Below, one piece after another: positions 26,203 to 36,910 of a stretch of DNA of 50,761 nucleotides. The notes below the pieces were generated by a model. The model worked only from the letters and a program-made list of their open reading frames with translations, ran no database searches and had not been told where the DNA came from. Every line of letters begins with the position of its first letter. Positions within the stretch are counted from its first letter, which is position 1. The translations under genes were made by a program, and so were the position numbers. Source of the stretch: Phoronis australis (lineage: Eukaryota > Animalia > Phoronida); the NCBI GenBank assembly GCA_002633005.1, contig NMRA01001135.1:1-50761 (forward strand), read 5' to 3'.

Positions 26203-26324
26203 CTTGGTGCATCTGTCGCTGCCGGGAACACCCCCCTTTGCATGAGTTTGACGGATGCTTTGTGGGCGTCGTCATAACCACCCGATTTATAGTACCCGAG
26301 GTGAACAGGGTTGGCTGGGTCATG
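26203..26324 (-). CDS. Uncharacterised gene, putative internal exon
   Basis: Acceptor TCTTTTTAG|, donor AAG|GTACT, GC-richer than flanks. Two frames are open (HDPANPVHLGYYKSGG... or MTQPTLFTSG...), so the frame is uncertain. Confidence 0.45.
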
Positions 26325-27198
26325 CTAAAAAGATAACACGAGAGTTAAATCGCTGCGGTGAGAATGGCTTCTTTAGTTTATACAACAGAAAAGAGCACGA
26401 ACTCCCCTGCAGCTTGCCAAGTTGAAAGACTGGCCCAATTAACGGTTCGTTTAATAAGCAAAACTAACTCTGACCGATGAAAGGACCGACAGCCGCTATT
26501 GGCAATACAACACTGTCGCGTACCAGTAGTTATCATGGAAACACACGCACTGGACTGAATTCAATAAATAAAAATCTTCAGTTTCAATTGTTGGCAGATA
26601 CAAAATGTCTGAACCAGAATGGCGCATTATTATTGCATTGCAAACTGGCGTCGCTGTAGAATGTGTCGCTGAAAACGCAGATCTAAAAAATCAATGAAAT
26701 GTCTCAATTTAAGAAAACACTAAGCAAAGAAAAAAACTTGCGTCGACAGACAGTCGTGCTATAAAAGAAAACAATTGTGTTGAAGAATGTTAATCGTGTG
26801 TTTCCATTCAGCGATCTTTACTCTATAGGATTGGACTAGTTGATTGGAAAAGCAGGCTATGTCCCAGGAGAAAGTAACAAGCGACTCTGCAAAGGCGGAG
26901 AAAAGTGCAAGTATTTTTTCCAAGAAGTTTTGGTTTACACATTGGCGACTAGCACTAACCTAAGAGAAGACCAATTCAGAAGAGCAATGAAGCACACTGT
27001 CTAGGAATGTGTGTGAAACGGCTTGTGTTGACCCGTTAGCGGAACAGAACGCGCGAGTGTGAACAAGCCTAGACTTCGCTCCATCACGTGCGGAGTAATA
27101 AACTATTCTAGTCTGACACATGTTCATTCTTTTGATTTAGAATACCATCTAACAAAGACATATACCATGATTTAATTGAGAGTATGTGCTTTACCTAC

Positions 27199-27401
27199 CG
27201 GCATAGTAACTGAAGTTGAATTTGAATTTGCTTGTTTCCCCAACCTTGGAAGCGTTGGAACGCCGTGCTGAGATCGAGGATATCCTGGCGTAGGAATGTA
27301 AGGGACTACGTTACCGGCGTCATTGCCGTGAGAAGACGACACGAATGCCTGTTGGTGGGGAGCAGAGACGCGACCCCAAGTGGGATACTTTTGCTTTACA
27401 G
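27199..27401 (-). CDS. Uncharacterised gene, putative internal exon (Pro/Ser/Gly-rich)
   Basis: Acceptor TTTTGTTTCAG|, donor CCG|GTAGGT. Open frame VKQKYPTWGRVSAPHQQ...PYIPTPGYPRSQHGVPTLPRLGK...TMP. Confidence 0.5.
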
Positions 27402-28149
27402 CTGAAACAAAACACATAATCGATTCGCCGAGTTCTCCATGAATTGAACCAGTAGATCAGTGTACTGAGGCTAATTCAAATACCTTACAGTATCCTGTAC
27501 TGCATCAGTGGAAATCGAAGTGTGTTGGAGTAGCATTACCACTGTTCTTCGCTAGTTATCTCGCAAAAAATAAAGCCTGAATGTTGTCAAGCTGTCATAA
27601 CTTAGGTTGAAATTGAGAAATCGTGTTGTCTTCTAAAACGCATTATTCTTGTTGTCAAGTTTTCAAACTTAGATTTTGTGACCAGCGTTTAAAGGGAAAT
27701 TATAGGCGAGAAAATTGCGGAATTGGTCCTGTAACAACCACAGTCGCAGACAAAAGTTCTGCTGGTGGAGCTCAGTAAATCTCACTCGAAAAATAGTAAA
27801 GTCATCGGCTTTGATTTTTGGCAGAAGACGACGAGACTTGTCGATTTGCAAAAAATTACAAAAACAGAACGGAATTTACTGTTTTATGGATCGAATAACT
27901 CCACTATCCAATCCAAAATAATAACCAAAATGCGTGTTGGTCGTAGAAACAATATTACGGCGTCGGTAGTGGACGGTATAAACGTGACATAACATCACCT
28001 TCATGTACCGGTATTCAACATTCTAGAAGCAAGTGAAGGAGGAACGTGCAGAGAGATCTTTTAATTTTATGCATCTCTGCAGCACTGTGTGACAAATACG
28101 GAATATTTTGGGACAAAGCACGCTGTCACTGAAATAAATAACGGCTTTG

Positions 28150-28224
28150 CATGGGCGGCGCAGCACTGAAAAACTGGGGATGGGGGGCTATAGCCCTCCA
28201 GTCCCCTCTGGTGCGTCACCCATG
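28150..28224. mobile_element. 75-bp miniature inverted-repeat element
   Basis: CATGGGCGGCGCA ... TGCGTCACCCATG with internal GGGCTATAGCCC palindrome. Same family as 40405-40527. Confidence 0.7.
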
Positions 28225-28350
28225 CTTTGAGTAGACCACAATGAGAACGAGTACTTCGCTTTTCGTTATTCTAGTAGACTTTTACATTTGTTGACGAACA
28301 CGGCACATTTTTAGTCTGCAGCAGTTTCCGCCAAAATGTTTTATGGGCAC

Positions 28351-29258
28351 ACATTTTTTAACACAAAATCAGACGTTACCATCTTGATCCAGTCTTCCTT
28401 GACTGACAGCAACGCGCTGTCTCATTTGTGACAGAAGCAGCGCGCGCAGCTCGCGTTCGTCTACTTCTTCCACAACGTCACAGCGCGTCAAGTGGCCGAA
28501 TAATTCCGGGTGTCGGCGCCACCGATTCATGTTTCCGTAAGAAGTCCTCCTAAGAAGAAGACAGATTGTTGAGGGTTGTGATGACAGCAAGTAGCTACAC
28601 CAGCAAATTGTTTTTGTGAACGCTTTAATTCAAAAGTTTTGAATAGTATGGAATTCTTAAACCAATCAAAACATCATTTGACCAGCGCTATGTCGCCTTT
28701 AGCATGAACATTTCAGAGAGAGAAGTCAGTAAAATGTGTAATCGGTACGGCTTGAGGATTTTTGATGACGTGCATCGATAATTTAACCGAATATACGCTG
28801 CGGTCGAACAACCATGAGCGTTCTTTCGATATATTACAATTTACAAAAAATAATAAGATATAGGGCTGTGCAAGTGTGCAGGCCATCAAGAATCATGCAA
28901 GCGTAGATATGGACGGAGAAAAGTGGCGGAAAATGGGTTGTATTCCGGATAGGTAAGGGTGGGATCTTGACGGCGACAACGACTCCAGGGACGCCAGCCG
29001 TGTACGGGAAACTTTTAAAGCGGCTGGGGAGGGGTGGGGGTATAACGTCAAAAGTGGCCGTCTATAGCTACTCTGTACTGGCAGAAGCATCCACTACTTT
29101 TAAATTTCGCACATCAGGCGGGAGGCTAGGGGCACGCAAAGTGATTAAATCATGGGCGGTTCTTCCGAAGATTTTGCCAGCCTAGCTCTTGTGACAATGA
29201 CCAAGGCTACATTTACTAGTCTAGTGCGGGGCGAGATGGGATGCGCCAGCAGATATAA
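28351..29258. repeat. ~900-bp direct duplication, copy 1
   Basis: Collinear with 29521-30406 from ACATTTTTTAACACAAAATC to GCGCCAGCAGATATAA. Confidence 0.92.
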
Positions 29259-29520
29259 ATGTTCTGCGCGTTTTGTTGATTTGCGCAATATGCGGATGAC
29301 GTCATCAAAAGCGGGGGAAATCCATATACTGCGCAGGCCCGTTTATGGATTCCTAAAACGCGCAACACTTTAGGAATCGTACCGATTTACGGGTAATAGA
29401 ACAGGAAATGCTTCGTATGATAATAATTCGATGATAATAGTCCAAAATTATGCGTTTTACACTAATTAATAGATTTTGGTCGTATTTCCCGTATTTTTTC
29501 ATAATTTCGTGATGCCCCTN

Positions 29521-30406
29521 ACATTTTTTAACACAAAATCAGACGTTACCATCTTGATCCAGTCTTCCTTGACTGACAGCAACGCGCTGTCTCATTTGTG
29601 ACAGAAGCAGCGCGCGCAGCTCGCGTTCATCTACTTCTTCCACAACGTCACAGCGCGTCAAGTGGCCGAATAATTCCGGGTGTCGGCGCCACCGATTCAT
29701 GTTTCCGTACGAAGTCCTCCTAAGAAGAAGGCAGATTGTTGAGGGTTGTGATGACAGCAAGTAGCTGCACAAAATTGCTTTTTGTGAACGCTTTTTGTAT
29801 AGTATGGAATTGTTATTAAACCAATACAAAACATCATTTGACCAGCGCTATATCGTCTATCTAGCTCGAACATTTATGAGAGAAAAGTCAGTAAAATGTG
29901 TAATCCGTACGGCTTGAGAATTTTTGATGACGTGCATCGATAATTTAACCGAATATACGCTGTGATTGACCAACCATGAGCGTTCTTTCGAGACCCTACT
30001 ACAATTTACAAAAAAATAGTAAGATACATGTATACAATGTAGGGCTGTGGAGGCCATCAAGAACCATGCAAGCCTAGATATGGACGGAAAAGAGTGATGG
30101 AAAATGGGTGGCATTCCGGATAGGTAAGGGTGGGATCGTGCCGGCGACACTGACTCCAGGGACGCAGCCGGGTACGGGGAACTTTTAAAACGGCTGGGTC
30201 GGAGGGGTGGAGGTACTTCCGTCAGTTGCCGTCTACTCTGTACTGGCAGAAGCGTCCACTACTTTTAGATCGATAGGGGCATGCAAAGTGATTAAATCAT
30301 GGGCGGTTCTTCAGAAGGTTTTGCCCGCCTAGCTCTTTGTAACAATGACTAAGGCTACACTGACTAGTCTAGTGCGGGGCGAGATGGGATGCGCCAGCAG
30401 ATATAA
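29521..30406. repeat. ~900-bp direct duplication, copy 2 (starts at a single-N join)
   Basis: Near-identical to copy 1 for the first ~240 bp, then more diverged with indels. Confidence 0.92.
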
Positions 30407-31855
30407 CCATGACTTCAAGAAAATGATATTGTACATACTGTTCTAAAAACATTTGAAACACTTCTTCTATACGCCTACTTACGTCAGTCTGGTATCGGGT
30501 CTTGACGTGTAGTTGGTATATACACTCTTTTGGAAATCCAGTGCCATCGGAGTTGGTTGTCAATGAATATTCTATGGCGCGGGAATACCTATGCTCAGCA
30601 CAATGAGGTAATGTTTCGATTCATATTAAAGTAATCGATGACTTAGGTAACTGGACATCAAGTTAGACAACCTAGTTCAAAACTTAACGATTGATCCGTT
30701 TGGAAATCAATAATCGAATACTTGCAGAAGGGCTTATCGGACTGGTGGTGGTAAATCACTGCCCAGTCATCGATACACGCCGAACCGTAGTCAAGTAATG
30801 GCGTTCAAAGGTAAACAACTCTCGGGCGAGTTCATATTTAGGGGAGATGATTCCCAGAAGTCCACTGCTTTATAACTGTTTGTTAAAACACAAGACAGTT
30901 AACAATAATTTAGTGCCTGTTTGTTGTTTCACAGCAATCAATCTCTCGCAATCCTGAACTGGGAACGATCATTACAATTTTGAACAAGTCACCGAATCTG
31001 CAGCTCCCTTAGCAACGGCGATTCATTTTCCGCTAGAGTGCGCTTTTGGCAGAGCTTACGGGTCCACACAAAGTACATGTAGGTGATTACCAACTAATAG
31101 CCAGATGAATTGAACCCGTCTGGAGCAAAGTTACTCAAGTCAACAAACTTATCAACGCTTTACTGCATTATAAAAGAAATGCTGGGTCAGTTCACAATGC
31201 ATCCCCTGTGTGCCATTGTTAATCAAAAAATAATTATTTAGATTTTGAAATGTGCAAAACTCCGGCCCCATTGGTGAGTGAAAAGTCTGAATACTAGATA
31301 AACACATTTATTGACTTAAATAGAACTTATTTTATTTGAAAATAGTCGACCCTTCAAGGTAATTTGCTTAGTTTAATCTAGCATCACAGGTACATATTTT
31401 AGATACACAATGCCTTAAAAAGCCTACGCTCGACCAATTAGAGTGTGTGCCCGGATACGGCCAGTCGAGAAATTATCAATCCCAAACTTAACGTCCCGTT
31501 TCCGAAGAATTATGTAAATTTGAAGGGTTCCAACACCATAGTTGACACAAAGCTAGGACGGACTAGTGAGGCGGGAAAGGTGTGCTTTAGTGCCTGGGCA
31601 AAATAAACGTGAATGAGCACATGCAGTACATATACCTAGACCTGTACATGTAGCTCCGATCGGTCGCCTCCGAGTCATCAACAACCCAGTTTCGCTCCGA
31701 GGTCGACACCAGTTTTACCCCACTCAATGGTAGAGGGCCAGTTTACCAGACTTTATGTCCAACAAAATCAAGACATCTTTGCCGTATACTTATTGCAGTA
31801 CACAAACTTTCAGCATCTCAATTAATCAATTAATTAGTACACGCAAATCAAAACC

Positions 31856-31912
31856 GTTGCTACTCAGTCGGTTGTGAGGATGTGACATCCTCACAACCGA
31901 CTGAGCAGCAAC
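31856..31912. repeat. Near-perfect 28-bp-arm palindrome
   Basis: GTTGCTACTCAGTCGGTTGTGAGGATGT-G-ACATCCTCACAACCGACTGAGCAGCAAC, one mismatch. Confidence 0.95.
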
Positions 31913-33742
31913 ATCCTCACAACTCCCTCGTCGGAACTAAAATTGCTTCCCCAGTAACGATCACGTTTAAAAGAAATGCTGACATTTTATGGTTTTCAAA
32001 CTACCGATAATGTTCCTTTCAAAGTGGCATCAAACCGGTACTTAATATGGTCAAAAGCAGGTTGCAATTAAGGTCATTTACCGTTGGTTTCAAATTGTTC
32101 GACTTTTACTCAGCTCCCTCTGCAAAAACAACAAACTGTCAGGTCTCGAGCTCAGTAAATACTTCCAAACTGAGCAAAGTGCGAGACGAAACAAATTTTA
32201 GTGGCCTAAATCTAAGCTTGGTTTGACAATTGCACACAGCTTTCTGAGACTACGGAACGCCCGAAAACGGTTTAATGCCGCTTCCGGCAAAATGCTATTG
32301 CGTGTTTGTTAAATACAATCTCGTTTTTGACAGTTTGCACTCCATGGTTTGCTACAACTGTGCTTACCATGACCGTTTTGAGACTAATAATTTGAAATTC
32401 TTCTTTCTACTTACAGTGGTGAATACATGACAGTGCCGAATTGCTCAAGCCGCCACACTAAAAGAGGATCCCGTCTGAGAGGGAGTCCCTTACTTAATTT
32501 GAGACGCATGGTCTCAAATACTCTGTTATTTAGGGAGTGGTAGTCCCGGTCACTGCGAGACTTTTAAGATAAAACTGCGTCAAAACAACGTTCGACTCCG
32601 ACCGCGACCCTTGCATCATGTTCGGATCTGCACCGACGCTGATCTCAAATTTTTCTCATCGACAACGTCCCAAAGACTTAGAATAAAACTTAGGTGCGAA
32701 AGGTTTAAAAAGTTATTATTTCAAAACAACGTCCTTAGCAGCCGAAACGTACTTCTAAGCATACACTGAATATCAGCAAAAGGCTATCAAAAGTTAGTAA
32801 CAACCCTTTATCACAGTTAGTAACGTCCAGCAACAAATATTCAAATTGCACTGTTTTAAATTGTCACAACATTTCATGCTAACAAAAAAAAAACGCGAAA
32901 ACAATAACACGAAAGACAGCCGAACGAGTCATGTAGTAGACATTAGCCAACGAATAACAATTAGTAGGGCGATCAGCCCATGAATGCACACGTATAACAC
33001 TATCTCCGTTAAAAACTAATACATGTATCTGAACATAACGTCTGCCCCTGTGCCCCACCGAGACATTGCACAAAACTTACAGTTCACCGCAGTCATAATT
33101 GTGAATCCCAGGTTTGCACTTTCATTGAAAGGGAAATTTATGTGAACACCTTGGAAACACAATCAGTTGAGGACTTTAAAACCAACAAACGGAAAAACAG
33201 CTTATCATGTGCACACAGGCATACTTGACTACGATACTGACCTCAATTTCACGATTCTCTTTGAAAGAAATGTCCGATGCCATGAGCACTGCTTCTACAT
33301 GTATAATATGACTATTACCTTGGGACACCCCGTTTCCCACAGCAAGTCAAATTTTTGGGATTGATTCAATTTTGCGTGAGTCACAAAAACGAAACAAGAA
33401 ACTAAGACCAAATAAGAACTGTTTAATTTCTTGATTACACTTTGATCGGAGAGCAGGAAATGCATTATTTTTTACTTAAAATCCGCTTTATTCTTAATTC
33501 ATCTTTCTGTCGAACTTAGCCTGGCGTTCTCGACACGCAGCGCTCAAAGTACCTTTAACAAGTTAGAATAGGTGAACGCATTACCGATATGTTTGGTCAT
33601 AAAACGCTCGACAACCCGAATACGGACGGATGGAATAAACGCATGACAAGTCTACTCACTTTCTACAGTATAGAATCTCAATGACAGCACTTAATAGTAA
33701 CTTGCGAAATTCCACAACTTCCAACTAAGAAAAAAAACACTT

Positions 33743-34356
33743 GGACCCGGGGTCTAATTTATGTACTTTATAGTTGTACAGATTTCGAGTCTGAACACGT
33801 AAATTTGGTGTTGCCACTCAAAATCTCGCGACTCCCGAGTTTGTACGTTAAATGCATGGATGATCAAGAGTTAACTTGGACTAAAAACTCGTCTACAACA
33901 ACCATAAAGCGCACCAGTGCACAGATAATAGGCATTTATCTTGAGTTTGTATTAAAACAGGACAAAAAAGTTAAACAATGTTTTTAGTACGGTTTCAAGT
34001 TCCGAGATGGCCCGGGACAAGTGACTAATGAAACTGTGCTCATCACTACTCGAAAATTGACCACTCACATCGAGTATATTGATCACGGCACGCGATTCTT
34101 CAATTTTTGAATCGCGTTTTGAGTAAAGTTTACTGCGCTAACCGGTGTTCACTTATTGGCCGAGTGGCAGGATGAGTATCTTGTCCAAATTCGCACATGA
34201 TGACCTCTACATTCGACCTAAAACTTTTAGTTTAAACTCAAGATTTTGAGTAGGAATTCGAAATTTCGAGTTCAGACTCAGATTTCTAGCCTAATGCTGG
34301 GCCCAACAAATGCAAAATGACAAAAATAAAATCCTATAAAAATAGACCCAGGGCCC
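33743..34356. mobile_element. Putative ~610-bp MITE / foldback element
   Basis: Imperfect inverted ends GGACCCGGGGTCTAATTTAT / ATAAAAATAGACCCAGGGCCC and inner GAGTCTGAACACGTAAATTT / AAATTTCGAGTTCAGACTC. Related CTCGA/TCGAG-rich relics lie at about 1270-1470 and 20080-20320. Confidence 0.5.
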
Positions 34357-35104
34357 AGAAGACATTTACTTGATATACCAACAATAGCATGTATCATATT
34401 ACTGATATCCAGTCAATTATTTTTTATGTAACAACAGGCGATATTTTCAGACTAAAAAGCCCATCTGGTTATCTTGTAATTTCGGGCACCTGATGTAATG
34501 CCCAATTACCAATTCCGGTTTTGATAACTGTACTAAATCTTTTCTGCATCACTTACGCGAAAGTTAACTCTTTGGGAAATTATTCTTATGCATGTTGCTT
34601 GCTAATCCTTTTAGGTTACCCAACTGGTGGATGAGCCGGTTTTGTCACATGGAGATACATGTCGGGAATCAATAATTGAATTTTGTTTGTATCAGAATTC
34701 TGCTGTCTGCTCAACTGTTGCCTTTAATTGCAAACATTCTCATTTTTCTCACCAACACCACATGATGACTTGGAGAAAAAAATGACTTTGTCAAAAACTA
34801 TGAATCTTGGGCTTTGACCAGTGCTTCTTGAGCTTTTGTCGTGGAAAGTTCTCAGCATCTGCTATGTGTAACCTATGAAAACCTGCTCTAAACCCACATA
34901 CTGGGGCACCTTTAAATAGAGAGACCAATGCAGACCAATAAAAACATTATTAACATGATCAATCAGTGTTACTAATTGTGCACATTCATACATAAGAGGA
35001 CAGACAGAATGGCTTATTTTGCAGCTTAACTCTTCACCACAAATTTCATTCATGTTCCATTTTAAGATCAGACGTTTTTCACGTTTTGACCTTACTGTGT
35101 GGTT

Positions 35105-36910
35105 TTAAATATCAATTCTTTTAAACTCCTTATCAGACAGTGGTCTCCATGGAAACCCCAAGTGCCTGGACACCTCAGTTTCAGTATCCTCAAAGGTGCG
35201 GGAATTAATCTTAAGACTGTCAAAGAACTCTGATGACCAATCAGGATTTTTTGGCCAATCAAATCGCTTGATTATGGCGTTTTTACGAACATACAGCTTT
35301 TGAATCCCCACAGACTCTTTTGCAATGATTATCAGAGTACAGGTGGAGATGAGCTCTCTTATGACGAGAGTGTGAAGGTTTTGACACCGACGTACCAACA
35401 TTACAAGTCCTGTATCACAACGACTATTGAAAGAGCGCGTCAAGTGAAAGCGAGGCAGACCCAGGTAGGCGTATACACGCAATGTTCCAGGATAGTGGTC
35501 CACAATAGTGAACAACGCCTGAGGGTCCACCTTAGAAAACGGTGACTTATACACAACCTGATGTACCGGGGCATGCTTCTGGAATATGATCTCCATCTTG
35601 CATTTGTCTCGCACTTCCAGTCTCACCTTCAAATGAGGCGCTAGTCTCCTGACCTCCCGCCAGGTGTCGCCACTGACTGGTGTGGCATGCTCTGTGAAGG
35701 TATCCTGCACAATGACCAAATCTGTAAGACAAGTGCTCGGCAACATAGCTACAACATCCTGACTAAGCTGTTGAGGGGAGATAACCAACCTCCTCATGTT
35801 ATTGCACAAAGCCACGTGAAAATAAGGGTACTGTTCCCTGGTGCAGTTCAAAATCTCAAGTTCTTGTAGTGTTTCACTACAGTTGCTGACAACGCTGTCT
35901 AACAAGCCATGGGCATCTTTAACATCCAACAGCAACTGGTTGAGCTGGAGCGTTTTCAACCCCTTCAGATTTCCAAGGAGGCGACGCAACTCAGTCAAAA
36001 TCTTGCCTCCAGTTCCATGAACAAATGTCCCAGCCACACTTCGGGTTTCACAGGCAAATGAAAACAAAAACTTGGACAAGTGTGGGAGGGGGTATGTGTC
36101 TTCATAGAACTCAATAAATTTATTGAGAACGTGAAAAAGCTCGTACAAATNGACAAGTGCTCGGCAACATAGCCACAACATCCTGACTAAGCTGTTGAGG
36201 GGAGATAACCAACCTCCTCATGTTATTGCACAAAGCCACGTGAAAATAAGGGTACTGTTCCCTGGTGCAGTTCAAAATCTCAAGTTCTTGTAGTGTTTCA
36301 CTACAGTTGCTGACAACACTGTCTAACAAGCCATGGGCATCTTTCACATCCAACAGCAACTGGTTGAGCTGGAGCGTTTTCAACCCCTTCAGATTTCCAA
36401 GGAGGCGACGCAACTCTGTCAAAATCTTGCCTCCAGTTCCATGAACAAATGTCCCAGCCACACTTCGGGTTTCACAGGCAAATGAAAACAAAAACTTGGA
36501 CAAGTGTGGGAGGGGGTATGTGTCTTCATAGAACTCAATAAATTTATTGAGAACGTGAAAAAGCTCGTACAAATTATAGTAGTCAGACAGAGGCTTAATC
36601 TCGAGCGTACGAAAATACTCGCCCACCTTAAGCAGACACATGTTGACATGAGCACCACTCAGTTCATATTGGTAACCCCTATAAAGAGTTTGTCGTCTTA
36701 CAACAAAAGAGCGTTCGCCAACTACAAAGTGTTCCCAGAGGCGTGGCGCAAAGAATGCATCATACCAGTGTCGACACACACAGGAGGCGTTAGCTCTATC
36801 CGTGCCTTGGAGGTAGGAAAGTACCTCCACTAATAGAACATCTGGCAGTGCGGCCCATGTCGGCTCCTCCTCGTCACCTGGAGCATCACTAGTTCCCTCT
36901 GTTGACGAAT
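35105..36910 (-). CDS. F-box protein with degenerate LRR-like C-terminus; large terminal coding exon (~460 codons after removing the artefactual duplication)
   Basis: Acceptor TTCTGTTGTTGTAG| at 36911. F-box WAALPDVLLVEVLSYLQGTDRANASCVCRHW. LRR-like segments LKGLKTLQL, LQELEI, CQNLHTLVI. Stop TAA at 35105. The start codon must lie in an upstream exon that I could not locate. Confidence 0.9.
35728..36574. repeat. 423-bp tandem duplication across N at 36151, likely a haplotype-overlap assembly artefact
   Basis: 35728-36150 vs 36152-36574 differ at four positions that I could find, and both translate identically. Confidence 0.9.

Noticed and set aside
36120-36830. Second F-box paralogue in tandem
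   Set aside because: Better explained as one gene with an allelic overlap at the N join.
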